This document shows positions 53,361 to 64,000 of a DNA stretch of 64,000 bases, piece after piece (within the stretch, counting starts at the first letter, position 1; the number at the start of each line of letters is the position of its first letter). Source of the DNA: the human T2T-CHM13v2.0 reference genome, Homo sapiens; the NCBI RefSeq assembly GCF_009914755.1, contig NC_060947.1, one strand, 5' to 3'. The notes under the pieces are model-generated. The model made no database searches. It was not told the origin of the DNA and worked only from the letters and a program-made list of their open reading frames with translations. A program made the translations under genes and the position numbers.

Positions 53361-56300
53361 TATTGAGGATTTTTACGTCTATTTTCATCGGAGGTATTGG
53401 CCTGTAGTGTTTTTTGTTGTTGTTGTTTGTTTGTTTGTTTGTTTGTTTTTCTTGCAGTGTCTTTTTCTAGCTTTGCTAAGAGGGTGATGCTGTCCTTATA
53501 AAATGAGTTTGGAAGTGTTCCCTCTAGTTGTATCTTCTCAAAGAGTTTAGGGAGAATTGGTATTAATTCTTTGAATGCTTGATAAAATTCAGCCATAAAG
53601 CCATCTTAGTCCTGGGATTTTCTTTGTTGGGATATTTTTAATTACTACTTCAATCTCCTTATATATTATTGGTCTGTTAAGGATTTCTATTTCTTCTTGA
53701 TGCAATTTTGGTAGGTTGTATGTTTCTAGGAATTTATCCATTTCCTCTAGCTCACTCAATTTGTTTATGATAGTCTTTCCGATCCTTTTTCTTTTCATAC
53801 GCAACCATTTTAATATCTCCACTTTCATCTCTTTATTTATTTGAGTCTTCTCTTTTTTAGTTAGTCTAGCTAAGGGCCTGTTGATTTTATATTTTAAAAA
53901 ACTCGGTTTTCTTGATTTGTTTGTATTGTTTTTGTATTTTTCGTTGGTTTATTTCTTCTCTGATTTTTAATATTGCCTTCCTTCTGCTAACTTTGGGTGT
54001 AGTTGGTTCTTTTACTTTTGCTATTCTTTTTCTAGTTCCTTGAGGGGTAATATTTGTTTTTTTATTTGAAATATTTGTTTTTTTAATGTAGGTATGCATC
54101 ACTATAAAATGCTTTCTTAAAACTGGGTCTGCTGTATCCCAAACATGTTGGTACGTTATTTTTTTTTGTCTTGTCTCAAGATTTTTGTTTGTCTCAAGAT
54201 ATTTTTTAATTTCCCTTTTGATTTCTTTTTTGACCATTGGTTGTTCAGAAGCATTTTGTTTAATTTACATGTAATTGTGAATTTTCCAGTTTTCCTCTTG
54301 TTATTGATTTCTAGTTTCATACCACAGTGGTCAGAAAAGATACTTGATACTATTTCAATCTTCTTAAATTAGTTAAGACATGTTTTGTGGCCTAAAATGT
54401 GATCTGTTCTGGAGAATGCTCCACATGTGCTTGAGAAGAATGTTCATTCTACTGCTGCTGGATGGAATGTTATGTATATGCCTGTTAGGTTCATTTGGCA
54501 TAACTACATAACTAATGTAGCTCAAGTTGAATGTTCAAGTCCAGAGAATGGATATTCTGTCTGGATGATCCACCCATTGTTGAAGGGAGGTATTAATGAA
54601 CTGGACCCTTATCTTACACCATACACAAAAATAAACTCAAAATGCATTAAAGACCTAAAAGTAAGTCCTGAGATTATAAAATTCCTGGAAGAAAACATAA
54701 GAGAAAAGCCCTTTGACATTGATCTTGGCAATGATTTTTTGGATAGGACACCAAAAGCACAGGCAATAAAAGCAAAAGTAAGCAAGTGGAACTACATCAA
54801 ACTAAAAAGCTTCTGCACAAAAAAGGGACAAATCAACAAAATGCAAAAGTAGCCTATGGATTAAGAGCACAGATTTGTGAATTATATATCTGATAAGAGG
54901 TTGATATCAAAAATATATTAGTAACTAACACAATGGCAAAAACACAAATAATCAGAATAAAAATGGGCAGTGTACCTGAATAGACATTTCTACAAAGAAG
55001 ACATAAAAATGGGCAGTGTACCTGAATAGACATTTCTACAAAGAAGACATAAAAATGGCAAACACATATGTGAAGAAAATGCTCAAAATCACGAATCATC
55101 AGGAAATGCAAATCAAAATCACAATGAAGTATCACCTCACACCTGTTAGGATGGAGTTTTAGTCCTTTCTCGCATTGCTGTAAAGAAATACCTGAGACTA
55201 GGTAATTATAAAGAGAAAAGATTTAATTGGCTCACAGTTCTTCAGACTGTACAGGAAGAATGATGGTAGCATCTGCTTGGCTGCTTGGGGAAGCCTCAGG
55301 AAACTTACAATCATGGCAAAAGGTAAAGGGGGAGTAGGCATGTCACATAGTGAAAGCAAGAGCCAGAGAGCGAGGAGGGGGGAGGTGCTACACACTTTTA
55401 AGTGACCAGATCTCATGAGAACTTACTTTTTTAAATGACCAGACGTCATGAGGATAGTACCAAGAGGGATGATGCTAAACCATATATGAGAAATCCACCC
55501 CTATGATTCAATCACCTCCCACCAGACCCCACCTCCAACACTGGGGATTACAGTTGAAGATGTGATTTGGGTGAGGACACAGATCCAAACCATATCAGAT
55601 GGCTAATGCCAAAAAGGCAAGACATCAAGTGTTGGTGAGGGTGTGGAGAAAAGGAATCCTTCATACACTGTTGCAGAAATGTAAATTGGTATAGCAATCA
55701 GGGAACAGTATGGACATTTTTTTTCAAAAAAATTAAAAATAGAACTACCATATGACCCAACAATTCCTCTTCTGGGTATACACCTGAGGAAATGAAATCA
55801 GCACCTCATAAACATACATGTACCCCCATGTTCATTGAAACATTATTTACAATAGCCAAGATATAAAAACAAACTAAATGTCCATTGGCAAATGGCTGAA
55901 TAAAGATAAATATATAGATATGGAGATCATAATAGCATTTAACTTTAAAAAGAAGAAGAACAAAATCCTGCCATTTACAAGCTAGATGCAGCTAGAGGAC
56001 ATTATATTAAGCAAAATAAGCCACAGAAAGAAAAATGCTGCATGATAAATCTTATAAGTGAAAACACACACACACAAAAAAAGTCAAACACATAGAAACA
56101 GAAGAGGGCAGTGGTCACTAGATGGAAGTGGGGAAATGGGAAGATGTAGGTCAAAGGTTGCAAAATAGCAGCTAGTAGGATGAATAAATCTAGAGATCTA
56201 AAGTACAGCATGAGGACTATAATTAATAATATATTGTATACTGGAAACTTTCTAAGGGGTAGATTTTAGGTGCTCTTATTGAAAAAAGGAAACTATGTGA

Positions 56301-56409
56301 GGTGATGGATATGCTAAATTGTTAACCTGTACCAAGCATTTCACTGTGTATATATCTATGAAAACATCATTTTATACACCTTAACTTTACATGGTAAAAT
56401 AATAGTAAC
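53361..56409 (+). mobile_element. L1MA9/10-like insertion: inverted 5' part (minus 53361-~54595) joined to sense 3' part (~54595-56409)
   Basis: ORF2 peptides on opposite strands (53360-53828 minus; 54600-54852 plus [15 protein letters not shown]); L1MA-type 3' UTR; the flanks are two halves of one MIR. Confidence 0.85.
55155..55597 (-). mobile_element. MSTA MaLR solo LTR inside the L1
   Basis: gcattgctgtaaagaaatacctgagact...gcctcaggaaacttacaatcatggc...atccaaaccatatca; 5-bp TSD gatgg at 55150-55154 and 55598-55602. Confidence 0.92.
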
Positions 56410-56639
56410 AAAACTATAAAACACTTATAGCAGTGCCTGGAACATAGTGAATAGTCAGTGCATATGAGTTGTTTTTGTTATTTTCTCAAGTTCTTCTCTC
56501 TGCCTGAAATGCCTTTCTCCCCATACCCAAACATGCAAAAGACCTACCTGCAATGTAACCTCCTCCACAAAATCGTTCCTGATTCCCCACATCTCCTCAC
56601 CTAATCATCATCAGAGATATATTTTCTCTCTTCTTTGAA

Positions 56640-56745
56640 ATTATGTCAAATAATCCCTTTGAACTTATTATGGACAACCAAAGCATCCACACACATTTCC
56701 AAATTCCCCTGTGGGGGATCTACTGCTCTTTGTTAAGAACCACTG
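56640..56745. mobile_element. MER20B-like hAT relic end
   Basis: cacacatttccaaattcccctgtggggg...gttaagaaccactg. Confidence 0.45.
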
Positions 56746-57189
56746 AGAAGAGAACTAAGTGAGTGTTCAGTAAATACATGTTCATTGATTGTTGCCCAGA
56801 GTAGGCATGAAAATTCACAATAAGCAATCATTGATTTACCTTTTAAGTACCACTTTGTCAAAATGAGGTGAAACCAATAAGTCTACATTCAAGTCTACAC
56901 AGGTTTATGATTCTTACCTTGAAGAGTATGGGTCAAGCCACTTATGTCCTACATAATTCATATATTATTTCTAATTAGATTTTTTCCATATTTCACTGGC
57001 AGATAGTGAGCAATGCAAAGTACAAAGCACTTCCACAAATTTTGTGGCAAGACAGACTGAATTGCCTAATAGGGTGTGAAGCACAGCTACATAGAAGATA
57101 TATGAAGCATATTATCATTGGGAGTAAGCACAGCTCCATTGATTTCATGAAACAAAACAAAATTAAATTGCATAGAAACTCAAAGACAT

Positions 57190-57330
57190 GGTAAATATGG
57201 GTTTTGAGTCTAATAGACCTGAGTTTGAAACCTGGCTCTATTATTTACTAGTTTTCTAGCTGTGTGGCCTTAGACTAACTTCCTCACCTGTGAATTGAGT
57301 GTAATATACCAGACTCAAAGTGTTACACAA
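57190..57330 (+). mobile_element. MIR SINE (5' part)
   Basis: gggttttgagtctaatagacctgagtttgaaacctggctcta...agctgtgtggcctt. Confidence 0.7.
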
Positions 57331-57349
57331 AGCTTGCACTGTGAAGTGT

Positions 57350-57563
57350 GTGGAATATTAACCTTGGGTGCACAATATAGGAGGCACCAAAGAACTTAGT
57401 AATCAAGACAAATAATATTATATTTCAATCTTTTTTTAAAAAAAAATCAAATTTAATGCAGAACTCCACAAAGCAGAAAACATCAATTTTTAAAATAAAG
57501 ACAAGATCAAATTCTGCATGTGGATGACTTGGCTTCCCTTGGCCCTCTCTAATCCTGGCCCTG
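57350..57563. mobile_element. MER96B-like hAT relic
   Basis: gaggcaccaaagaacttagtaatcaagacaaataata...aaataaagacaagatc...aatcctggccctg. Confidence 0.65.
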
Positions 57564-57719
57564 AATGTTAAGGAAGTTAAACAAGGTAATAAGTGAAGTA
57601 ACTTTGGCGTAGTCCTTGCCTTGAATATTCAGTTATAAACTATGACATTGAGGAAATGGCCCTTTAGTCTTGGTAAAAAAAAATCCATAGTGAATAATGT
57701 TCAAATACAAAGAAACCTA

Positions 57720-59115
57720 ATCTATTTATTGCTCTTTGTTTTTAATTCTTAATTACATACATAGTATATAAGTATATTATTGGTAAGGTTAGCACCCCTT
57801 TAAAACTAGAATTTTTCTAAGCATTTATATGCATAGGTATATATGTATAGAATACATATGATAGTAATTTTTTTCTTTTTTTATGAAACTGGTATCTTGA
57901 TATACAAACATATCTACAAGTTGGCTTTTGTTTCATTCAACACTATGCCTTATCAATGCCTCATCATTGTAAATTATTGCATAGAGTTTCATAATATGGA
58001 TATACTGCAGTTTGTTCATTTAGTCCCCCCGTTGATATTTATTTAGAGTTGTTTACAGTTTATCAATATTATACACAGTGCTTCAGTGAACATTTTTATA
58101 CCTGCACGTAGTTTTTTTTCTAATTTAGCTACTGAGAAGTAGAATTGCTGAATTTTATAGGATATGAACCCTGATTTCATTTAAATTGTTAATGTTTAAC
58201 TGCCTTAGTGGCCATTCCAATTGATGGTCCCACTAGAAGGGCATGACAGTACTTGTTTTACCACACCACCATTGACATATTATATCAAACGAATTCATTA
58301 TTTATTAATCTTAACTATCAATTAATAATGAGTATTTAATAATTTAATTAATAATGAATAATATTTAATGAAATAATTATAATTAATCATTTTTATAAAT
58401 AAATTTATAAAAACACCAATAAACTTCTTATAAATAATTTTATAAATATTTTATAAAGAATTTATAATTTAGTTAATTTGATTAATAATATTTGATAATA
58501 GAATATTTAATTAATTTAATTGATAATGAATAATATTTATATAGGTATATCTACACATAGTTTTAGCCATTTTCTAATTTAGCTACTAAGAAGTAGAATT
58601 GCTGGATTTTATAGGATATGAACACTGATTTCATTTAAATTTTTAGTGTTTAATTGCCTTAATGACCATTCCAATTGATGGTTCCACTAGAAGGGTAAGA
58701 CAGTACATGTTTTACCACTCTCATTAACATATGATATCATCAAACTAATTCATTATTTGCCAATCTGAATGAAATCTGATGGTTTAAAATGTTATTTCAT
58801 TGCTGTTCTTTTCGCATTTTCTTACTTGAGAATGGGCATCTTTTTAATATATTTATGGGGCATTTGTATATCCTGTTCTATGAAGTGCATTTTCATATAT
58901 TTTGTCCATATGTACATTAGGTAATTTTGTTTTTTTTAAATTGAATTCCAGGAGTTAGTTATGTATTATGGATACTAATATGTTATCTGGTATATTGCAA
59001 ATAATTTAACTTACTATACCTAGTCTACTGCTTTTTGTTTAGAGTATCTTGTCATAGAGGAGTTTAAAATTTTGAGGAAGTTAAATTTAACGATCTGAAT
59101 ACATCATCAATATAT
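57720..59115 (-). mobile_element. Old L1ME 3' region
   Basis: gcttcagtgaacattttt...agaagtagaattgctg...gggcatttgtatatcc antisense L1ME. Confidence 0.65.
58097..58765. repeat. Direct duplication of ~215 bp (58097-58310 and 58546-58765) with an AT-rich spacer
   Basis: tttctaatttagctact(g/a)agaagtagaattgctg...ccattccaattgatgg...aattcattattt occurs twice. Confidence 0.92.
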
Positions 59116-59117
59116 TT

Positions 59118-62100
59118 GTCCAGAAGTGCCCAATGCTCACCTCCTTCACAAAGAAGGACCAAAACAAGTAGATAACAGCAAATTGAGTAGAATGTCTGTG
59201 AGAGTACACTGGAATTCAGCAAGAAAATGACAGACTCTCTGAGACACAAAAGCTTGAGATGGCAGCATACAGACAGAAATGAAGCACCCAGCCAGGATTC
59301 GCTTGGAGCCATGATAGACTCCCCTCCCTATTATAGGGAAAAAGTAAGCAAGAGGCTCTCAGCAGCGCCTATTGCCGCTGTGGATGCCTGCAATCCTAGC
59401 TAAAGGGGAACTCCACAATCCTCCAAGCTGTGAGGTAAGTATAGGCAGCTGCCTTAAGTCCATGTAGCTACATTGCTTCAGGGAAGGACTTCACATTAAG
59501 TCCCCTCTCAGCCCCTTGGGAGCTAGGCTACTATGGCATGGCACCATTTTGAGAGAGGAGCCACTACCAGACCACATTCTTCCCTGTACTTTAATAGCCC
59601 ATGCATCACCACATCCTGTGACCCCTCAATTATCACACTGAGCCCACACAGAAGGCTGCAACACCACAACACCACCTGGACCCAGCAGTACAGCCATAAT
59701 TCTGGCACACAAGCCCACATAGCATCCTATACCCCAAGTAGAACGTAATCCAGCATAGCAGGGAGGCTGCCCACAGTACCAAGGGAGCCCATGTGTGCAC
59801 TCCCTAGAAGCTGAGGGCTTGCCTGCCAGGTGCCTGCTTCCATCACCACTCCCCCTCCTCCAGCCGCAGAGCTGCTGTGTGCCACATGAGCTCCCTAGTG
59901 ACCAATGACTGGCTCATCCAATGTCCACTACTGCTACTGAACCTAGCACCTCCAGTGGTAAAGTTTCTGCATACTGCACAAACTCCCCAAGGACCAATAA
60001 TTGATCCTTCTGACCTACCACTACTGGCAACCCCACCCCCTACAGCAGCAGAGACACTGCACCTACCACCACTGGCAACCCCACCCCCTACAGCAGCAGA
60101 GACACTGCACTCTGTGCATGTCCCCCAGTGACCAAGCACTAGCTCACATGGCACCCTGTAGAAAGACTTTCTGAATTTAAAATTAGGTCTTTTAAAATAA
60201 ACCAGTAAGAAAAAAAAAAAGAATAAGAAAGAATTAAGAAAGCCTCCTGGACAGATAGGACACCATTAAGTGCACAAATTTTTGCATTATGAAAAGTCCA
60301 GAAGATGAAGACATGGGAAAAGGCATAAAAAACCCATTCAATGAAATGATAGTTTAATACATGATAAGTCTAAGGCAAGATGTGAATATTCAGATCAAGG
60401 GGGCTCAAAAATTCCCAAATAGATTCAACCAAAACAGGTCTTCTAAGCACTTTATACTCAAATGTCAAAAATCAGAGACAAAGAGAGAAATATAAAAAGA
60501 GCAAGAGAAAAGTGTCAAGTCATATATAAGGAAATTCCCATCAGACTAACTAGAAATTTTTTAGCAGAAAACTTGGAGGCCAGAAGAGAAAGGGGTGATA
60601 TATTTAAAGTACCAAAAGAAAAAAAAAAAAACCTGTTAGCCAGTAGCACTATACCCAGCAAAGCTATCCTGCAAAAATTAAGAAATAAAGTATTTCTCAG
60701 ACAAGCAAAAAATGAGGGAATTCATCACCACTATACTAGGCCTACAAGAAATGCTTTAAAGACCCCTACATCTGGAAGCAAAATGATGAGAACTACCATT
60801 ATGAAAGCATGTGAACATATACAACTCACTGATAGAGCAGATACACATATGAGAAAGAAAAAAAGGAATAAAAAATTATCACTAAAGAAAACCACCAATC
60901 CACAAAGATAAATAAGAGAGTAAGAAAGGAACGAAAGAAATGCAAAACAACCAGAAAAAAGTAGCAAAATGGCAAGAGTAAATCATCACTTATTAATAAT
61001 AACACTGAATGTAAATATATTAAATCCCCAATTAAAAGATGTAGACTGACTGAATGGATCCAAAAAAAAAAAAAAGACAAGACCCAGTCATATGACACCT
61101 ATAAGAAATTCACTTAACCAGTAAAGGCACACATACACTGAAAGTGAAGGGATGTAACATGATATTTTACAAAAATGGAAACCAAAAATGAGCAGGAGTA
61201 GCTATATTTACATAAGATAAAATAGACTTTAAGTCAAAAACTGTTAAAACAACCATACAAGGTCATTACATAATGAAAAAAGGATCAATTCAGCAAGAAT
61301 GTATCACAATTATAAGTATGTATGCCCTCAACACCAGAGCACCCAGATATCAAAAGCAAATATTATTAGATATAAAGAGAGAGGCAGAACCCAATATAAT
61401 AATAGTTGAGGACTTCAACAACCCATTCTGAGCATTGGACAGATCTAGATAGAAAATCAACAAAGAGACATCAGTCTTAAATTACAATATAGACCAAATG
61501 GATCTAACAGACATTTACAGAACATTAACAGATACAGAATACATATTCTTCTTATCAGAACATGTAACATTATCCAGTATAGACCATATGTTAGACCACA
61601 ATACAAATTTTTTAAAATTGAAATCACAAGTTTCTTTTCAGGCCACAATGGAATAAAGCTAGAAATAACTAACAAGAAAAACTTTGGAAATTGTATAAAC
61701 AAATAGAAATTAAACAGTATTCTACTTAACAACATTGAGTCAATGAAAATATTTAGAAGGATGTAAAAATGCATTGAAACAAATATAAATAGAAACACAG
61801 CATATTAAAACCTATGGGATATAGTGAAAACTACTAAGAGGGAAGTTCATAAGAATAAACACCTACATGAAAAAAAAGTAGAAAGATTTCAAATAAACAA
61901 CCCTACAATGCACCTCAAGGAACCAGACAAGCAATAACAAACACAATTCAAAATTAGTAGAAGAAAATAAATAATATCAGAACAGAAATAAACAAAATAG
62001 ATACGTAAAAAACAATACAAAATATTAACAACCTGAAAAGTTTTTCTTTCAAAACATGAACAAAATCAACAAACCATTAGCTAGACTAAGAAAAAAAGAG

Positions 62101-64000
62101 AGAAGACACAAATAAATAAAAAATGAAAAATAAGGCATTAAAACTTATACCACACAAATGCAAAAGATTATTAGCAACAATTATCAACAGCAATATGTCA
62201 ACAAGTTGACAAACCTAGAGGACATGGATTAATTCCTGGACACATACAACATACTAAGATTGAACCAGGAAGAAATAGGAAACCTGAACAGAACAATAAA
62301 GAGCAAAAAGACCAAATCAGTGATTAAAAAGAAGTATGCCAAAAAAAAAAGAAAAGCCCAGAACCAGGTGGCTTTACTGCTGAATTTTACCAAACTTTCA
62401 TAGAGGAACATCTGTTCTTCTCAAACTATTCCAAAGCATTTAAGGGAATTATTCCAAACTCATTTTATGAAGCCAGCATTACTCTGAAACCAAAACCAGA
62501 CAAGGACGCATGCACACACACACAAAGAAAACCACAAGCCAATACTACAGATGAGCATACAAGCAAAAATCCCCAAATACAAGCACACCAAATCCAATAG
62601 CACATCAAAAAGCCTATAAAGAAGACATGGTCACAAAGATGGTTCAGCATAACAATTCAATAAATGTTATATGTTCCTTTGACAGAATGAAGAACAAAAA
62701 CCATATGATCACCTCAGTAGGTGCAGAAAAAGCATTTGATAAAATTTGACATGTCTTCATGATAAAAAAAAACACTCCCTACAAAGTATGCATAGAAAGA
62801 ATGCACCTCAATACAATAAAGGCCATATATGACAAACCTACCCCTAACATCATAAATGAGACAAGGATATCCACTTTCAACACTCTTATTCAGTATATTT
62901 TTGGAAGTCCTACCCAGAGCAATTAGGCAAGAGAAAGAAAGAAAGGGCATCCAAATAGGAAAGGAGCAAAATCAAATTGTACCAGTTTGCAGTTGACATG
63001 ATCTTATACATATATAAATACCTAAGGACTCCACCAAAAAAAACTTTTAGAATTGATAGACAAATTCAGTAAAATTGCAGGATACAATATCAACTTACAA
63101 AAATCAATATCATTTCTATACACCAATAATGAACTAGCAGGAAAAGAAATTAAGAAAGCAATTCAATTTACAAGAGCTAAAAAATAAAACACTTGGGAAT
63201 AAATTTAACAAAGGAGGTGAAAGTTCTCTGCAATAAAACCTTCAAAACACTGATGAATGAAATCGAAGAATACACAAAAAATGAAAAGTCATCTTATATT
63301 CATGGAATTAGAAGAATCAATACTGTTAAAATAATGTACTACCCAAAATAATCTATAGATTCAATACAATCCCTATCAAAATACCAATGAAGTTCTTCAC
63401 AGAAATATTTTTTAAAATTGTAACATTTGTTTGGAACCAGAAAAGACCCCAAATAGCCAAAGCAATCTTGAACAAAAAGAACAAAGTTGGAGGCAGTGCA
63501 CTACCTGAATTCAAATTATGCCACAAAGCTATAGTAACCAAAACAGCATGGTGCCAGCATAAAAACAGACACATAGACAAATAGAACAGAATGGAGAACT
63601 TAGAAGCAAATCCATGTATTTACAGCCAAATGATTTTCAATAGAGGTGCCAAGAACATACATTGGGGAAAGACAGTCTCTTCAATAAATGGTGATGGAAA
63701 AACTGTATATTCATATGCAGAAAGATGAAACTCAACCTCTATCTTTCACCAAATACAAAAATAATCTCAAAATAGATTAAAGACAAACATCAAACTTCAA
63801 ACCATAAAACGACTAGAAAAATGCATAGAGGAAATACCTCAGGACATTGGTCTGAGAACAAAAGCAAAATTAGGTAAATGAGATTATACCAAATTAAAAA
63901 GCTGCACAGCAAATGAAACAATTAATAGAATGAAGAGACAACTTGCAAAATGGGGAGAAATATTTGCACACCATTAACCTGACAAGTAATTAATATGCAG
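59118..64000 (+). mobile_element. Long L1M2/L1MA-type element (5' UTR, partial ORF1, ORF2), running off the window, inactivated
   Basis: 5' end ctccttcacaaagaaggaccaaaac; ORF1 peptide KERNIKRAREKCQVIYKEIPIRLT; ORF2 EN and RT remnants; the RT FADD motif reads FAVD (tttgcagttgac, ~62986-62997). Confidence 0.9.

Noticed and set aside
54427-54852. 141-aa ORF crossing the L1 inversion junction as a chimeric gene
   Set aside because: Antisense L1 sequence fused by chance to a short ORF2 stretch; no promoter or splice evidence.
59843-60154. ORFs with repeated peptides (PLLATPPPTAAETLH / CSVSAAVGGGVAS)
   Set aside because: Simply translations of the 48-bp duplication in an L1 5' UTR.
59118-64000. 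Long L1 as a potentially active element
   Set aside because: Many stops, frameshifts and deletions; ORF1 N-terminus missing; RT FADD motif mutated.

Overview
AT-rich, gene-poor primate genomic DNA, very probably human because a perfect AluYa5-type insertion is present. I see no recognisable protein-coding exon, RNA gene, CpG island or CRISPR array. The supplied ORFs are chance ORFs or decayed Alu/LINE-1 fragments. The window is dominated by interspersed repeats: six Alus (Ya5, Y, Sq/Sp, Sc, two J), LINE-1 copies of many ages (L1PA3 to L1ME; the last ~25 kb is almost all nested L1), L2, L3/CR1, MIR, MaLR/ERV LTRs and hAT DNA-transposon relics. Subfamily names come from my memory of consensus sequences, not from a RepeatMasker run, and old-element boundaries are approximate. 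I found no convincing new biological system. The most notable structures are: (i) a heavily truncated, very young AluYa5 with a perfect 17-bp TSD; (ii) two, possibly three, L1 insertions with twin-priming 5' inversions; (iii) a candidate L1 3' transduction; (iv) a ~215-bp duplication separated by an almost pure A/T spacer; (v) a few well-formed splice-site pairs in unique sequence, which could be exons of non-coding transcripts, including two that overlap on opposite strands.
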